A stretch of 64,000 nt of DNA, taken from Eledone cirrhosa (taxonomy: Eukaryota). Position numbers and translations under genes: made by a program. Below are positions 24,851 to 37,468 of this stretch, in pieces. How positions within the stretch are numbered: the stretch's first letter is position 1; every line of letters begins with the position of its first letter. The notes under the pieces are model-generated. The model saw only the letters and a program-made list of their open reading frames with translations, ran no database searches and was not told where the DNA came from. The DNA lies in NCBI GenBank assembly GCA_964016885.1, contig OZ024740.1, positions 125,178,001-125,242,000 on the forward strand, given 5' to 3'.

Positions 24851-27800
24851 CTGTAAAATTGAGACAAATGTATAGAAATTTAGACTTATATAATTTTATC
24901 AGACAGATGGAAAAAATGAATGAAACAGCAACAAACACAGAATTCTTGATTATACAATGTAATTTTTCTTGTTCACATAAAAAATTTGAATGCCAAAAAA
25001 TAAAACCAAATGAAAAGAAAAATCAAAATTACTTTACTGATTGGAACAAATTCCTGAAAGATAATTCTAAAGCTAAAGGTTACAAATGTTGTTCAAAATG
25101 AGAAAAAATAAGTTCAAGAACTGCAAAATATTATTTCAAAATAATAGTCTCATTACCTTTAGTTTATAAAGTATTTTTCATTTTGATCTGCAATAAAATA
25201 CTATGTACTAGACTATATGAGGAGAACTTAAAGTATCAGTGAGATAATGGTTGTTAGATTGGGTATATTTTTGATGTTGTTCATAGTAACATCTTTCTGA
25301 AGAGTCTGACAACATTGTCTTATATTTACTTTATTCATTCTCAATTCTGAACATTTCATTCATATTGCAGTGATACTCCAATTTATTTTGAACCCTTATA
25401 CAATTTTTCAAAAACAGAAACCATGCCTTTGTTTTACAAACAATCCCTATCACACTAATTTTATAAAGCATAATATGAAACAAAGTTTGTTTTTGAGCAA
25501 TAATTCATGCATATAAAAATGTATGTGTATGTGTAAAATCTCTTATCATTTTTTTTATAAGACACCTTACATGACGGATCCCCAGAATCATCTTCATCAT
25601 CAATTTATATCCACCTTTCACTCTGGCATGAGTTGAACAGTTCATCATGGTCCAGGTTCAAACATTTGGGAGTGGCCTGTTGTGCTCATACATTCTATAT
25701 TTAACATGGTTTCTACTGCTCGATATCCTTCCTAATGCCTTTACAAGGTACACTGGTACAATTTATAGTGGCACTACCACTTTACAAAGCATACTAAGTG
25801 TGTTTCTTCATAGTACTGACAATAATAGCTTACATGTTGTATGAGGTGTGTTTTACACAGCACAAACACTAATATCTTTTTAGGGTGTACCGGATGCATA
25901 TTAGTGTGGTGCCAGCACTAGTGAGGTTGTCATATACTTGGTCAGATTGAAGGGTTTCTTTATACCCTATATTGTTGCTATTTAAGAATTATCAGTAGCA
26001 TCCAGTCTCTCACTACATTTATTTTTATGTCATAGTGCTTGTACAGGTGGGTAGGTCTTTTGTATTATGGCATATATTTATGAAACCCATTTGAAATCTG
26101 GCTCACTGAATTTCCTGATAATTTGTTGGACCACAGGTTGAAAAGTATAGGTTTGTAGTTAGTCACTGATGCTGTAGTTTTTATAGTTTTCAAGAATTTA
26201 TCTCTTGATGACTAAATAAGTGTAATGGAGAGAAGCAGTTGTTAAATTACAAAATTAATTACATAGAGAAGCAGATTTTTCAATGTAATTTAATGATGCT
26301 CCTGTCAATAACTGCTTCACAGTTCTTAGTTGAATGAAATCAATATATAGTGAAGGATAGAATAGTATTTTGAAAATGTATTCATTCATATGCCTACACC
26401 TGGCCAGAAGCTTGAGTGTTCTGTTTAATGGCAAAATCGTTAAGGCATTGGATTAAATTTCTCAGTGTTCAATCCATCGGTCTGCACCCTGTATTCATAT
26501 TCCACTGAACTCAACTTTGCCTTACATTTTTGAGGGATCGATAAATAAAGTACCAAATCGAGGGGTGGTTGGTGGGAAAAATTGTCAAAAACAGTCAGAC
26601 TGGATGCTTGCAGCATCTAATCTGGCTCTATGTATTCTGAGTTTAAATTCCAACTTCTGTCAGGAGTTGTGATATGCTGATGGTAGCAGCAATGTAAATA
26701 CCAATGGAAACAATCAGCAAATTTTTCCTTTCTATTCTTTTTGGCTTAAAATTAAAAAAAAGACTCATCATTCAATTTAAAGACAAAAACATATTGATTA
26801 TCAAATATTAATCATGCTCATCTATTTTTTCCAGCAATGGTTGCATTTAGAAATCCAGTCAGAGCAGATGGACACTTGCTTCTGATACAATTCACAAGAA
26901 GAAGAAGAAGAAGAAGAAGAAGAAGAAATAATATTTGAATATTTAAACTAAAATAAAGATGAATTTTCACTAGATTTCTTACATTGTCAGAAATTCTTCC
27001 TAAAACTCGAATTACAGAGTTCTGTATATTGTGTGGGAGATCAGAAATCTACCATATTGCTAAATGCCATCATCAACAACAACAAAGCCATACAGATTTT
27101 AATTTAATCTTCATAAATTATAAAACCCTTATGGAATTAACAAAAGCAAAATGATACAATTTCCCTTCCAACTTGTCATTAGCACAAAACACAGGCTTAT
27201 ATCTATTGTTGTATAATTTTACTCATTATTCAGTAGCCATAGAAAAAAGAGAAGTTTAAATTGGATTTACTATCAATAAATTCTTACTGAAAGATACACC
27301 ACAATACTAATTTGATTATCACTGAATGAAAATTTTAATGTGATTTAAGATGATTTAAGATATTTGTCAACTGTAAATTTGAATACACAAGTCTGATGTT
27401 TGAAATTAAAGGTAAAATAACATTTAAAGTAATATGAATAAAACACAGAAACTTTGTCGTAATAACATTACAGATACAAAATGTAAAGAAATGAATTGGA
27501 AAATAAAATAGAATAGTTTTAATAATTTTTGATATGTTGGTGACTAATATTACTTGGTTTTACTTTTATATCTGTGTTTGGTTTGAATATAACTATTGGT
27601 ATTACAATTGGGGGAAAATGACTAAGTTGGAATGGCTGATGCAATGTGTATAGCTGGCTGTTCTATTTATGTTGTAAATCTTTGTTCCATAATTAACAGT
27701 TCAACAAGCAGAGACCATTAAAATAATTGCCAGAATTCAGTGAATAATGAGATCTATATATTTAGCTAAAATCTTTCCTGGCTGTGCACCAGCATTGCCT

Positions 27801-27921
27801 CAGTCCAGGCTGGGGGCACTGAAAGCAGTATAAAAATGTATTGAATGCAATGAGCCAGTTCAAAATAATCTTTTTCTAAGTTAGATCCTTGGGAGGGTTT
27901 AAGTTCATCTTGTTAAGATAA

Positions 27922-28047
27922 TTGTTTCTACTTTTGGCACAAGGCCAGCAATTACCCAGTGTATTACTGGTACTTTATTTTATCAACCCCATAAGGATGA
28001 AAGGCAAAGTTAACCTTGGCGGGATTTGAACTCAGAATGGCAAGGGC
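27922..28047 (-). mobile_element. SINE family A, 5'-truncated. Degenerate copies also near 6895, 7855, 10550 and 26500
   Basis: Shared core (aggatgaaaggcaaagt, ctggtactttattttatc); TSD aagataat. Confidence 0.85.
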
Positions 28048-28498
28048 CAAGATAATGAAAAACTTTATCTATACAATACCTCTTTGAAATCTGAAACAGT
28101 TGCTGAGACTAAAAGGATAGCTCAGTCTTAATGTCAAGAAAAGGATAATAGATATAAACTACAAATAGTTGACTCTTGAGATGATGATGCTGGTGGAATA
28201 AGTTAAAGGTAGGAAAGGGGAGAGTGAGGAAGAGGAGAAGCTTAAAAAATAAGAAAAATAGAAAACAAAATATAAAAAAAGGCTGGGAGGTTATTTCAAT
28301 GTAAGTTTTCTAACCAAAATCTTATTTCAAAAAATATCTTAACTGTAAATTAAACACTATAGATTTTATTATAGAAAAATAAAGGAAATCAGTCTTCACT
28401 TTCATTTACACCCCCCCCCCAGTTCTCTTCCTATACATACATTTATACATATATATATATGTATATATAATAATGGTATATATATATAGGTAAAGTGA

Positions 28499-28860
28499 AG
28501 GCGTGTGGCTGAGTGGTTAGAGAATTGGATTTGCAATCGTAAGGTTGTGAGTTCGATTCCTGGACCAGGCGATGCGTTATGTCCTTGAGCAAGACACTTT
28601 ATTTCACGTTGCTCCTTCTACCTGGAGTTGCGACCGATAGATAGTATTAGCAATTGGAAAGACCAACGGAAACATTGTTCCCTCGGTCCGATTTGACGAA
28701 AGTCGATCGTTTAAGATATATAGGTAAAATAATGGGTTGACGATGCAGCAAATACTTTTTAAAGGTAACTGCAAATATACAGTACACAATGAAAATAATT
28801 TAGTTCCCACCCTTGCAAGCAGGGAAAAGCGGACGTAAAATGATGATGATGATGATGATG
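28499..28860 (+). mobile_element. tRNA-derived CORE-like SINE (family B) with RTE-type tail
   Basis: A box tggctgagtgg, B box gagttcgattcc, core tgtccttgagcaagacactt, tail cccacccttgcaagcagggaaaagcggacgtaaaa(tga)n. Confidence 0.85.
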
Positions 28861-30517
28861 ATATATATATATATATATTCTTATCAGATCGTTTACAATG
28901 AGTGTGAATATTTGAATTTAATTTACACAACTGATTATATCCCTATAATTTTCCTTCAAATTACATATATTGTTGCCCTCTCTTCACATCAACTGATAAT
29001 TTAGAAAGAAGCAGGACGGTATACTCCCTATAATCATCAATATTTTCACAAGTAAAGTATCATCATGTCAGAAGAATTTGATCAGACGGACACAAAAAAA
29101 GCTGAAAAAGTAATATGGAAACAAATAACTGCAATTAAATATTGTCTGTAAGGCCATCAAAAAGTCCATAGTTATTTCAATATTTTTTCTTGAAATTACA
29201 TATGCATGGAAATATTCATATATACACATATATATGGAAATATATGTATAGAAATATTCAGATTTGTAATACAAAAATGAAAACTAGAATAATGTAAGAA
29301 AAACAAAAAACAACCTTTACCTATATTTCATATTTCGAGGTTAAGATTTGTTTTTCAAAAGTAAAGAAAAAGTGTGTGGTGTTAATAAATGGGTCAAAAA
29401 AAATTCAGCTGAAGTGCTACTGATGATTGTGATAGATGAAAACATTTACAATAGAATAAAGTTTCAGTTCTATAATTATTGTAAAAAATAAATTATTGCA
29501 ATTTATTCAGGGACTCTATCAAAGTAAAGTTAGTGTTAACATATTTAAAATATGAAATATATTAATTTTTCACGAATATTTGTGTACATTTACGGAATGG
29601 TTCTGTTATCATTACTCTGACACGTATAGTGAAGTTGATGCATTCATAGATCTAACATGACTGATGCATTTCTGAGGGTGTGTCCCATACTTGCTGAAAA
29701 TTTTAACGTAATATTAGTCATTGTGTTGTATTCTCTTCACTGCATGTTAATTTCTAGAAAGGAGTTGTGCCCATTGTTTTTGCAGGCTCTCTGATGCCAA
29801 TGATATCAAAATGCCTGTTGTTCCTTATGAATAGCTTCCCTTTAATGGTGCAGCAAAAAATATGGGAAAGGAAAGAAATTCCAACGGAATGTTATTCTAG
29901 GGACAAACAACTATGGAAAGTTGTTTGTACATGCATAACTGACGAGAGAGGGAGACAAATTAACTTTTACACTCACTGTATTACATGGAAACAAAAACAA
30001 AATGTACAGTTCACACCTATGTAGGTCTAGTTGAACTCCTACATGGCTGCATCTCATAGGAGATTTCTCAGGTGTTTTAATGATAGGGGCCCCAGCGTCC
30101 TACTGAAAAAAGCTGTATGACACAGAATTTCTTGCTCAAGAACAAAACATAATATTATGATCTTGAGTCCAATACCCCAACTGCTAGGCCACATGGCTTC
30201 ATCTCTGTGAAATATATTTATGTTAATTAATCTACAATTAATGGTAAAAATTACATTTATTTTCTGTTTTTGAAAGTAAAGATTACATTTATTTTCTGTT
30301 TTTAAGAATGAATTCATATCAGATGGCATTCATTAATAATTAAGGAAAATTATTTTTTATTCTATAGATAATATAAAGTAATAAATTATAAGGAATTTTG
30401 TTATGTCTAGAAGCTTCACAATATTTTAATTACAAAATAAAATGTTATTCTTCTACCACATAAGTCAAATTTTCTATAACTCTCGTCTCTATATACAGCA
30501 TTCAAATCCCTATCATA

Positions 30518-30890
30518 CGAGGTACACTCAAGAGGTTTTCATATATTTATCAGAGGGAGACATTTATTTAACTCAGATAAACATGAAACTCTAGTCTTCC
30601 CGAAATAGGTTGCTTATTTGTCCAGCAGTTGTTTGCTTATATCAAAACAAGCCATTTAATCTGGAGGCCATATTGCTATCTGCCATTTGCGACCCGTTCT
30701 CTAGCAGAACAGCTCTTCAGGTGTTTATTGTTCCACACATGTTTGTACAGTGTGCCAAATGCACTTCTCATCTTTGCTTGTCTGTTGCTGATTTCCCAGT
30801 TGATCTTGGCCTCTGATAGTAACATGGGGAAGGCAGACCACTTCCTGAAGTGTTGGCTGATGGAGAACCTTCATCTTCTTTAAACTTACT
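30518..30890 (-). mobile_element. Mariner-like remnant
   Basis: ta|cgagg TIR-like start followed by sequence resembling the 3' end of a mariner transposase; heavily decayed. Confidence 0.4.
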
Positions 30891-30894
30891 TTCA

Positions 30895-33690
30895 GCACAA
30901 AAAGCTTGGGAGCCTCTGTGAAGCAACAAGTGATGTGTTGCAAGGATCTTTCTGTGTAGGCAACAAAAGCACAATCCTCAGCAAAAAGGAGGTCTTGTAA
31001 CAGTTGCCCCAGGGACTTCTTCTGGGCCTGTGGTTGACGAAGATTAAACAGGCTGCCATCAAGATGGTATCTGATGTAGATCCTGTCCTCAACATCAAGA
31101 TCTTCTGCGGCCTATTTGAGCATCGTGCTGAAGAAGATGGTGATGAGTGTCACAACCGTGCTTCACTCCGTTAATAATCGGGAAGGGTTCTGAAAGGTCA
31201 CTGTTAAGTCTGTCTTGGCCATGCTGATCTTCATGTAGCCAGATGACCATATTCAGGAACTTTAAGAGACAGCCAAGTCATTCCATGGTCTGTCACATTC
31301 CTTTTTTTCTCACTGTATCGAAAGTTATAGTCAAGTCAACAAACACAACATACAGCCCTTTATTTTGCTCTCAGCACTTCTCTTGGTGCTGCCTCAGAAC
31401 AAACACCATGTCTGTGGTATTCCTGCTGACTCTGAAGCTATTATGGCTCTCTGGGAGGTAGTGTTCTGTGATGGTAGGTACCAGCCTGCTTAGCAATATC
31501 CTTGTGAGGACTTTTCCTGTGACAGTGAGCAGAGTAATCCCCGGTAATTTGAGCAGTCTGACTTTTCTCCTTTGTTCTTGTACAGGGCGTTGATGAGTGC
31601 ATCGTGGAGATCTTGTGATATATTGCCCTGCTGCCATCAACATACGAAGAGCTTGTGAAGTTTTACATGTAGTGTTGAGCCCCCATGCTTACAAATCTCA
31701 AGTGGAATTCCATCAATTCCTGTTCTTTTGCCAATCCTTAGCTGCTCTTTGGCTTTGGTGGTCTCATCAATGGTGGGAAACTCATCCAGCTTCACTTTTC
31801 CTGGTTGTTGGGGAATACAGACAATTGCTGATTTTTGGACAGAGTAGTTAGCACTGAAGATGTTCTGGAAATGTTCTGACCCTTTCCGTGAGGAGGGTCT
31901 GGCCGTCTGCACTGCACAAGGGACTCTGGACCTGTTATGTAGGACCTTACACCACCTTTAAGACTTCACAGAAGCCTCCAATGTTTCCAGTGTCTGTGCA
32001 CAACTGAGTTCTCTGAGCAAGGTTAGTCCACCAGTCGTCATGGAGCTCTCGAAACTTATACTGGAGGTTTCTGCATACTAGGCAGAAATAAGCTTTCCTC
32101 ACAGGACAAGATGGCTAGGATAAGTGAACCTGGTGGGTGGATTTTTTCTTCACCTGCAATTCTTGAATTTCCTTGTTGTTTTCATCAAACAAGTTTTTGT
32201 TCTGCTTTGATGTGAACCCAAGGACTTTCCCAGAATGACATTTTCCAGATACTCCCAGTGTTTCTGGAAAGGGATCTGTGGTAATACTGACATCTTCATG
32301 CCTCAAATGAAGGACTTCTTGGAAGTCAGCTTTCACTTCAGGTGACGGAAAACTGCTAATCATGAACTTTTTCTGGAGGTGGGGGGCTCCTCCTTTATTT
32401 GATTTGGATTTAAAGTGCAGCTTCAATTTGTAGCATACAAGATGATGGTCAGTGGACATTCCTTACTGATATGCAAGACGTCTTTCAATGAGGTGTCAGT
32501 GTTTGGAGTGAGGGTGCATCGAGGTTGTTTCAAACTGTCCTTCAGCTGGAAAAATAGTGTTGTGATGGCAAGTTGTTCTGTGCAAACATCTAACAGCAAG
32601 CATCCATTGTCATTGCAGTCACTAATGCTGTGTCTCCCAGGCACAACCTCTCATGTTACAGAATGTTGGTGGACACTGGTATTGAAATTGTCAAAGATTA
32701 AGACCTTGTTGTCCACAGAGGTGCCCTGTAGAGACTGTAAATCAGAGTAAAACTTGTTTTTCGCAGGATCTGCTTGAAAAGTACACAATGAAGAGTATGG
32801 CATATTGTAGATTACTCACTGGGGGGTGCATTAAGATGATGTCGTCAGAATGACCTGTTGACAGGTTTACTAGCTTGGAAGAAATAGAGTTCCTGACCAT
32901 GAAGCCCATTTTTGAAAGGCATCTCTCTGCTGCTGGTTTGCCTCATTAGTAGAGGGTGTGTCTGGCACCATGCTTTTGTAGGCTGCCTTCCTGTGGAAAG
33001 CAGACTTCACTAAGAGCAACGATGTCAACATTCAGTGTTGACAGCTTGTGTGCAATTAGAACAGATTGATGTTCTGGACGAATGCTGTCGACTGTGTCTA
33101 GCATGGTTGTGATGTTCCAGCATGCAATTTTCAGTCCATTTCCACCCTTGCAGATGGGTGTGTACCTTTTCTTCCTTGATGTTTTTCAAATGTATGGGAA
33201 GATGCCTATTAACTGCGGTTTGCCAACTGAGTGGTGTAGGACATGATTTTTGTTTAGGCCACCTTTTGTAGACCCCTCTTTTTAAGAGGCAAGCAGTACT
33301 ATCCCTAAAGAAGGTTGCTTGGTCACTATTGCTAAAGAAGGTTCACAGTGTGCCAAACGATATTGTCGTCCCAGTGTCAACATCAGATGACCAAACCACT
33401 GAACTGCCTGCATGCAGGATTGGGACTATGGCTTCTAGTATCATCTTATGCCTACCGTTCGTTTTTGCCCCTTTCCCATCACTACAGGGCTTTTAGTGGT
33501 TGATGGTTGCAGATACGTCCTTCAAGCCTGCACAGTGGAATTTGTAGGTGAAATGCAGTGTGCGCTGAACTGAACACACCCTTTACACTGAAGGTTCGTC
33601 TATTCTCACCTATCAAGCTTGGATGGTGGCAGCGTGATCCTCGAGTTGTAGGTTTTACATCAGAGTATCCTAACCTCTGGTTCAAAAACT
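30895..33690 (-). mobile_element. Older decayed RTE LINE, related to 12848-15858, 3'-truncated
   Basis: Homologous 5' UTR (cctcgagttgtaggttttacatcagag), APE (CNDNGCLLLDVCTE, TDHHLVCYKL) and RT (GITLLTVTGKVL, TTDMVFVLRQHQEKC); many stops. Confidence 0.88.
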
Positions 33691-35589
33691 TTCCTCGGAG
33701 GCACAGAGGATTTACTCAGGCTGTGGCATGGCTGCTGGATGCTACCAAACATGTCAATAGATTCTGGGTCTTGGAACGACAGCCTTTGCCACTAAGACTA
33801 TTTAACCCATAAGTAAGACCTTGACAGCTTCTACCACCCCAGGCCAGAGTGGATCTGGGATTAATGGTAACTAAGGGGTAATGCTATACTCCCCAGAATC
33901 TCAGAACTCTTGAACTGGAGCCTCACCACTGGATTCAGTTTAGAGTCTCGGCCAGGACAATGGGCATGTTGTAAAAGACCATTAAATAGCTCATCGTGAG
34001 GAAAGGTATCCAGCTATATAACACTGTCTTAAAATGTCCCAGCTAACATATGTATAGAAGTGCATGTGTAAAAACAACTAATTGCATTCTTCTTTTATCA
34101 CACAATTTTGATTTTCAGCATTAATAGAATCAATCATTTGTAATGGAAGAATTTAACCAATTGACTCAGACCTAGAATATGCTTGATAATTGCATTATTG
34201 CTATCAAAAAGCATTAGGAATGATAAAGTTGACCCTTGGACGATGAAATACGAACACTGAGGGATGCATCTAATACTCTTAAACCACTTAGTTTGGTGCT
34301 CTAACATGTACTTGAAATTCAGTAACTGTCTTTTACCTTATAGCACAAATGTTTTAAAGCTGTGGTGTTTGATTAAACTGACTACCCCAACAAATCCTGG
34401 TCTATTGAGGTGGGTACAAGGAACTCCAGCAGCTCAAAAAACAAGAGCTGTTAAAAGGGTAGATAAACTCTTCAATTTCAATGGCCATCCATGCCAACTA
34501 TGAGTTAAATGTCCTCATCAACACGCAATTAGTCAAGCATGATGAGTACTGCTACACCCTTGACATAACCAAACCCAAACAGAAAGCAGTGGAGCTCAAC
34601 CAGAGAAGGCTTCCTCTGTCAGGGGTGAGAAGGTCTGGATTGAATTACAACATGTAGGGATATGGTGTACCTATTCTAAACCAATGAACATAGAACACTT
34701 TTTTTTTAGAATATTGAGCAAAAAATGTTTAGAAAATACAATTAACATCAATTGTCGGTTTGCATTCTATTTTGCTTGTTTGCTTTTATTTTTCACTAAT
34801 ATATCACCAACACTAGAAGGATTCATATATTTTAATATTAACTTGAATATTAACAATGAACAAATTTTGAAATAATAATAATTTATTAAAAAATGGAATG
34901 TAATTTAAGAAAATATCAAAATTAATTCAATGCAAAATATTCCAATATTTTATTATCATTTCCAGCAGAGTGTTTTTAATAACAATTTTTGCTAATATTT
35001 TTAATTAGAGATGCAATTTAATTTGATGCTGGGTTAATAATTATTAAGCCAATCATTCCCCTTGGCTTAGTTTTGCAATCTGTTTTTGTTTCTTCATCTT
35101 TAATGTTAGGAAGGGATGCTATTACCATAGTATTTTCTTATTCTTCTACATTGGTTAATCAACATAATTAGATGGGGTTACTGGGAAAATCAAGTAAAGG
35201 TGAGAAAATAGTGTTGGCAAGAAGGAATTTCGTTAGTTCCTAAATTGTTATCATGCTATCTGAACATGGAGTAAATGGCTTCATTCTTCTGTACATATGA
35301 GACAGCAAGAAACTCCCATAATTCTAATATCATGTAGTAGAAATATCTAATGATCTTCTTTCCCCCATTTTTCTTCACTTGTATTCGAGCCCTATCTACT
35401 CTTAACTTTCTATACAGGAGTGACATGGTTGTGACTAATACCTCCACTACATTAGGCAGATTATTCATTGATACATCTAGTGCGCTGTGTAATATTTTGC
35501 AACTCCCGTTCAACACACCATCAGCTCACATACATACATGTATTCACACTGACATATCACAAAAGTACATACGTAACATATATTTTCCT

Positions 35590-36400
35590 CTCCATTGATC
35601 TCAAAAGACTGGATGTGCTCCAAGAGAAGTTTGTTTTGGTTGCTGATGATGGCGAAGCATCTACTGTGGATGTACAGGCTCACGTAGCAGTGATAGTCTT
35701 ATATGCACCAAATATATTTGAAGATGCTCTCCTCATGTGTTACTGTGTTGACATTTTCTTGAGTGTGTTTTTCGCAGCTTCAATTTTTCTCCACTTCTAT
35801 AATGCTCAACTCCAATATGAGTGATCGAATGTTACCTCTTCCAATCTCTGGACGTCCAGGTATATTGACCTCATGTCTCTCTTGCAAATATATTTGAAAC
35901 AATGATGTCATCTTCATGCTCTCATGATGGTGACCAGTTCCCAATACAATGTTCATGGGCTAGCCATTGCAGAAGGCACAGTTAGCACAAGATGAATAGA
36001 TTGGGTACCTTGCTGCAGTTGAGGATTTCAGTGTTAATGACTCAGTCAGTCTACTTGATATCCAAAATGCATCTCAGGCTATGAAGGGGGAAGGTGTTGA
36101 GATGTCACTCCCCTGTTGAGTAAAGGCCCCATGTCTCACTGCCATAAATTAATGAGCTGAGGTTGTACAATGTGTAGACAGAAATCTTTGTCTTTGTGGC
36201 CAGTTTTCAGTTCTGTCAGACTCTCTTGATCAGCCTAGCAAATCTGGAGGTGGCTTGTCCAACCTGCAGGCTGATCTCAGAAATTGTCCATGATGGTGAG
36301 GTAGATGAATTCATGGACTACCACAAGCTTGTAGTTGTTGATCAAGGTGGTGGTGGGGTGCTTGACATCTTGGCCCAGGTAACTCATATATTAAACTTGT
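35590..36400 (-). mobile_element. RTE (BovB-like) 3' fragment
   Basis: Degenerate F.YLG, LIYGSETW and C-terminal finger remnants on the minus strand. Confidence 0.65.
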
Positions 36401-37084
36401 ATATGGACAAAGCCCATGTGTAGAATGTAAAGGAAGGTTGTAGAGTAGTGCCATCAGTATACAAGCAAATATGTATTCAGAGATGGCAGTGATTAAGGTT
36501 GTTGATTCAAAGTAGAAATGTTCTAATGCGCAGATTTAAGTCAGATAGAATACATTATCATTATAAGAAGTGTTCTGTTCTGTAAATAAGTAATAACAGA
36601 GCCTATAAATAAGCTTTTTATCAGTAGATGTTCATGCCAAATATCGCTAAATATTTCACTGGTACCAGACCTGAACACAAAGCTTCTTTTGAAGAAATCA
36701 AGAACAAAAACCACAAGCATTGGATACAAAAGTATATATTTTCAATGATTTGGATTTTACAGAATTTATAAAAATGATCACTGTGAAGAAATATAAAAGG
36801 AACTGTTCAATTACTTAAAAATGTGGGAGTGGTCTACAATAGGAAGCAGGATAAGAAAGGTTGTGTTTCTTTAGGTTTGATCACATGTTAGTCTGTTTTA
36901 ATATCATAGCTTAAACTTCTGTAGATAAAGATTGTGCGAGTTAGAAGCCAATTCAGAAGCACCAGATTGATAATTATCTCCCTTCTTTCGCTGAGTCACA
37001 GTGGCCTTTCATCCTCATACTAAGCATTTGAAAAAAAAAATTAAAGTCAACAGGAAAATAAAACATTCTTCAAAATGTTTTATT

Positions 37085-37468
37085 TTCCTGTTGACTGAAG
37101 CCGATACATAATGGATGTATATGTGAGAGAAAAGCAGATCCTGGATGGAGGAGAAACTTGGTTTAAAAGGATTCTGAAGTGGTGTGCAAGAGAGAAGGCT
37201 ACATTGGTACAAACATGTGATTTGCATGGATGTTGATCGTGAGGTGAAAAAGTGCTAGGAAATCTCAATGGAATGAAGCCGCAGTAGAGGTAGACTAAGG
37301 AATGCCTGGGCAGAGATGGTGAGAGTTACTCTCAAATCGCTGAGACTCACAAAGGAGATGTCAAAAGAATGTGATGAGTGGAGAGTTTCTGTGCTGAAAA
37401 TGTCCCATCCAATGCATGTGAGTGTGGAAAACAGACATGAAAAAGATGATGATTATGATGATGATGAT
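37085..37468 (+). mobile_element. RTE 3' fragment; a similar minus-strand stub lies at about 39165-39470
   Basis: RRLHWYKHVICMD...GRLRNAWAEMV...LRLTKEM...W, then a (gat)n tail. Confidence 0.75.

Noticed and set aside
25157-25187. Minus-strand AG...GT mini-exon with good splice sites
   Set aside because: Stops in all three frames; at most a poison or non-coding exon.
28499-28570. tRNA gene (Cys-like anticodon loop)
   Set aside because: No complete cloverleaf; it continues into SINE core and tail.
36440-36730. ORF 36541-36729 as a host exon
   Set aside because: It resembles a decayed CR1/Jockey-type RT (LDF.K.F..VW, LY.D.TTL remnants).
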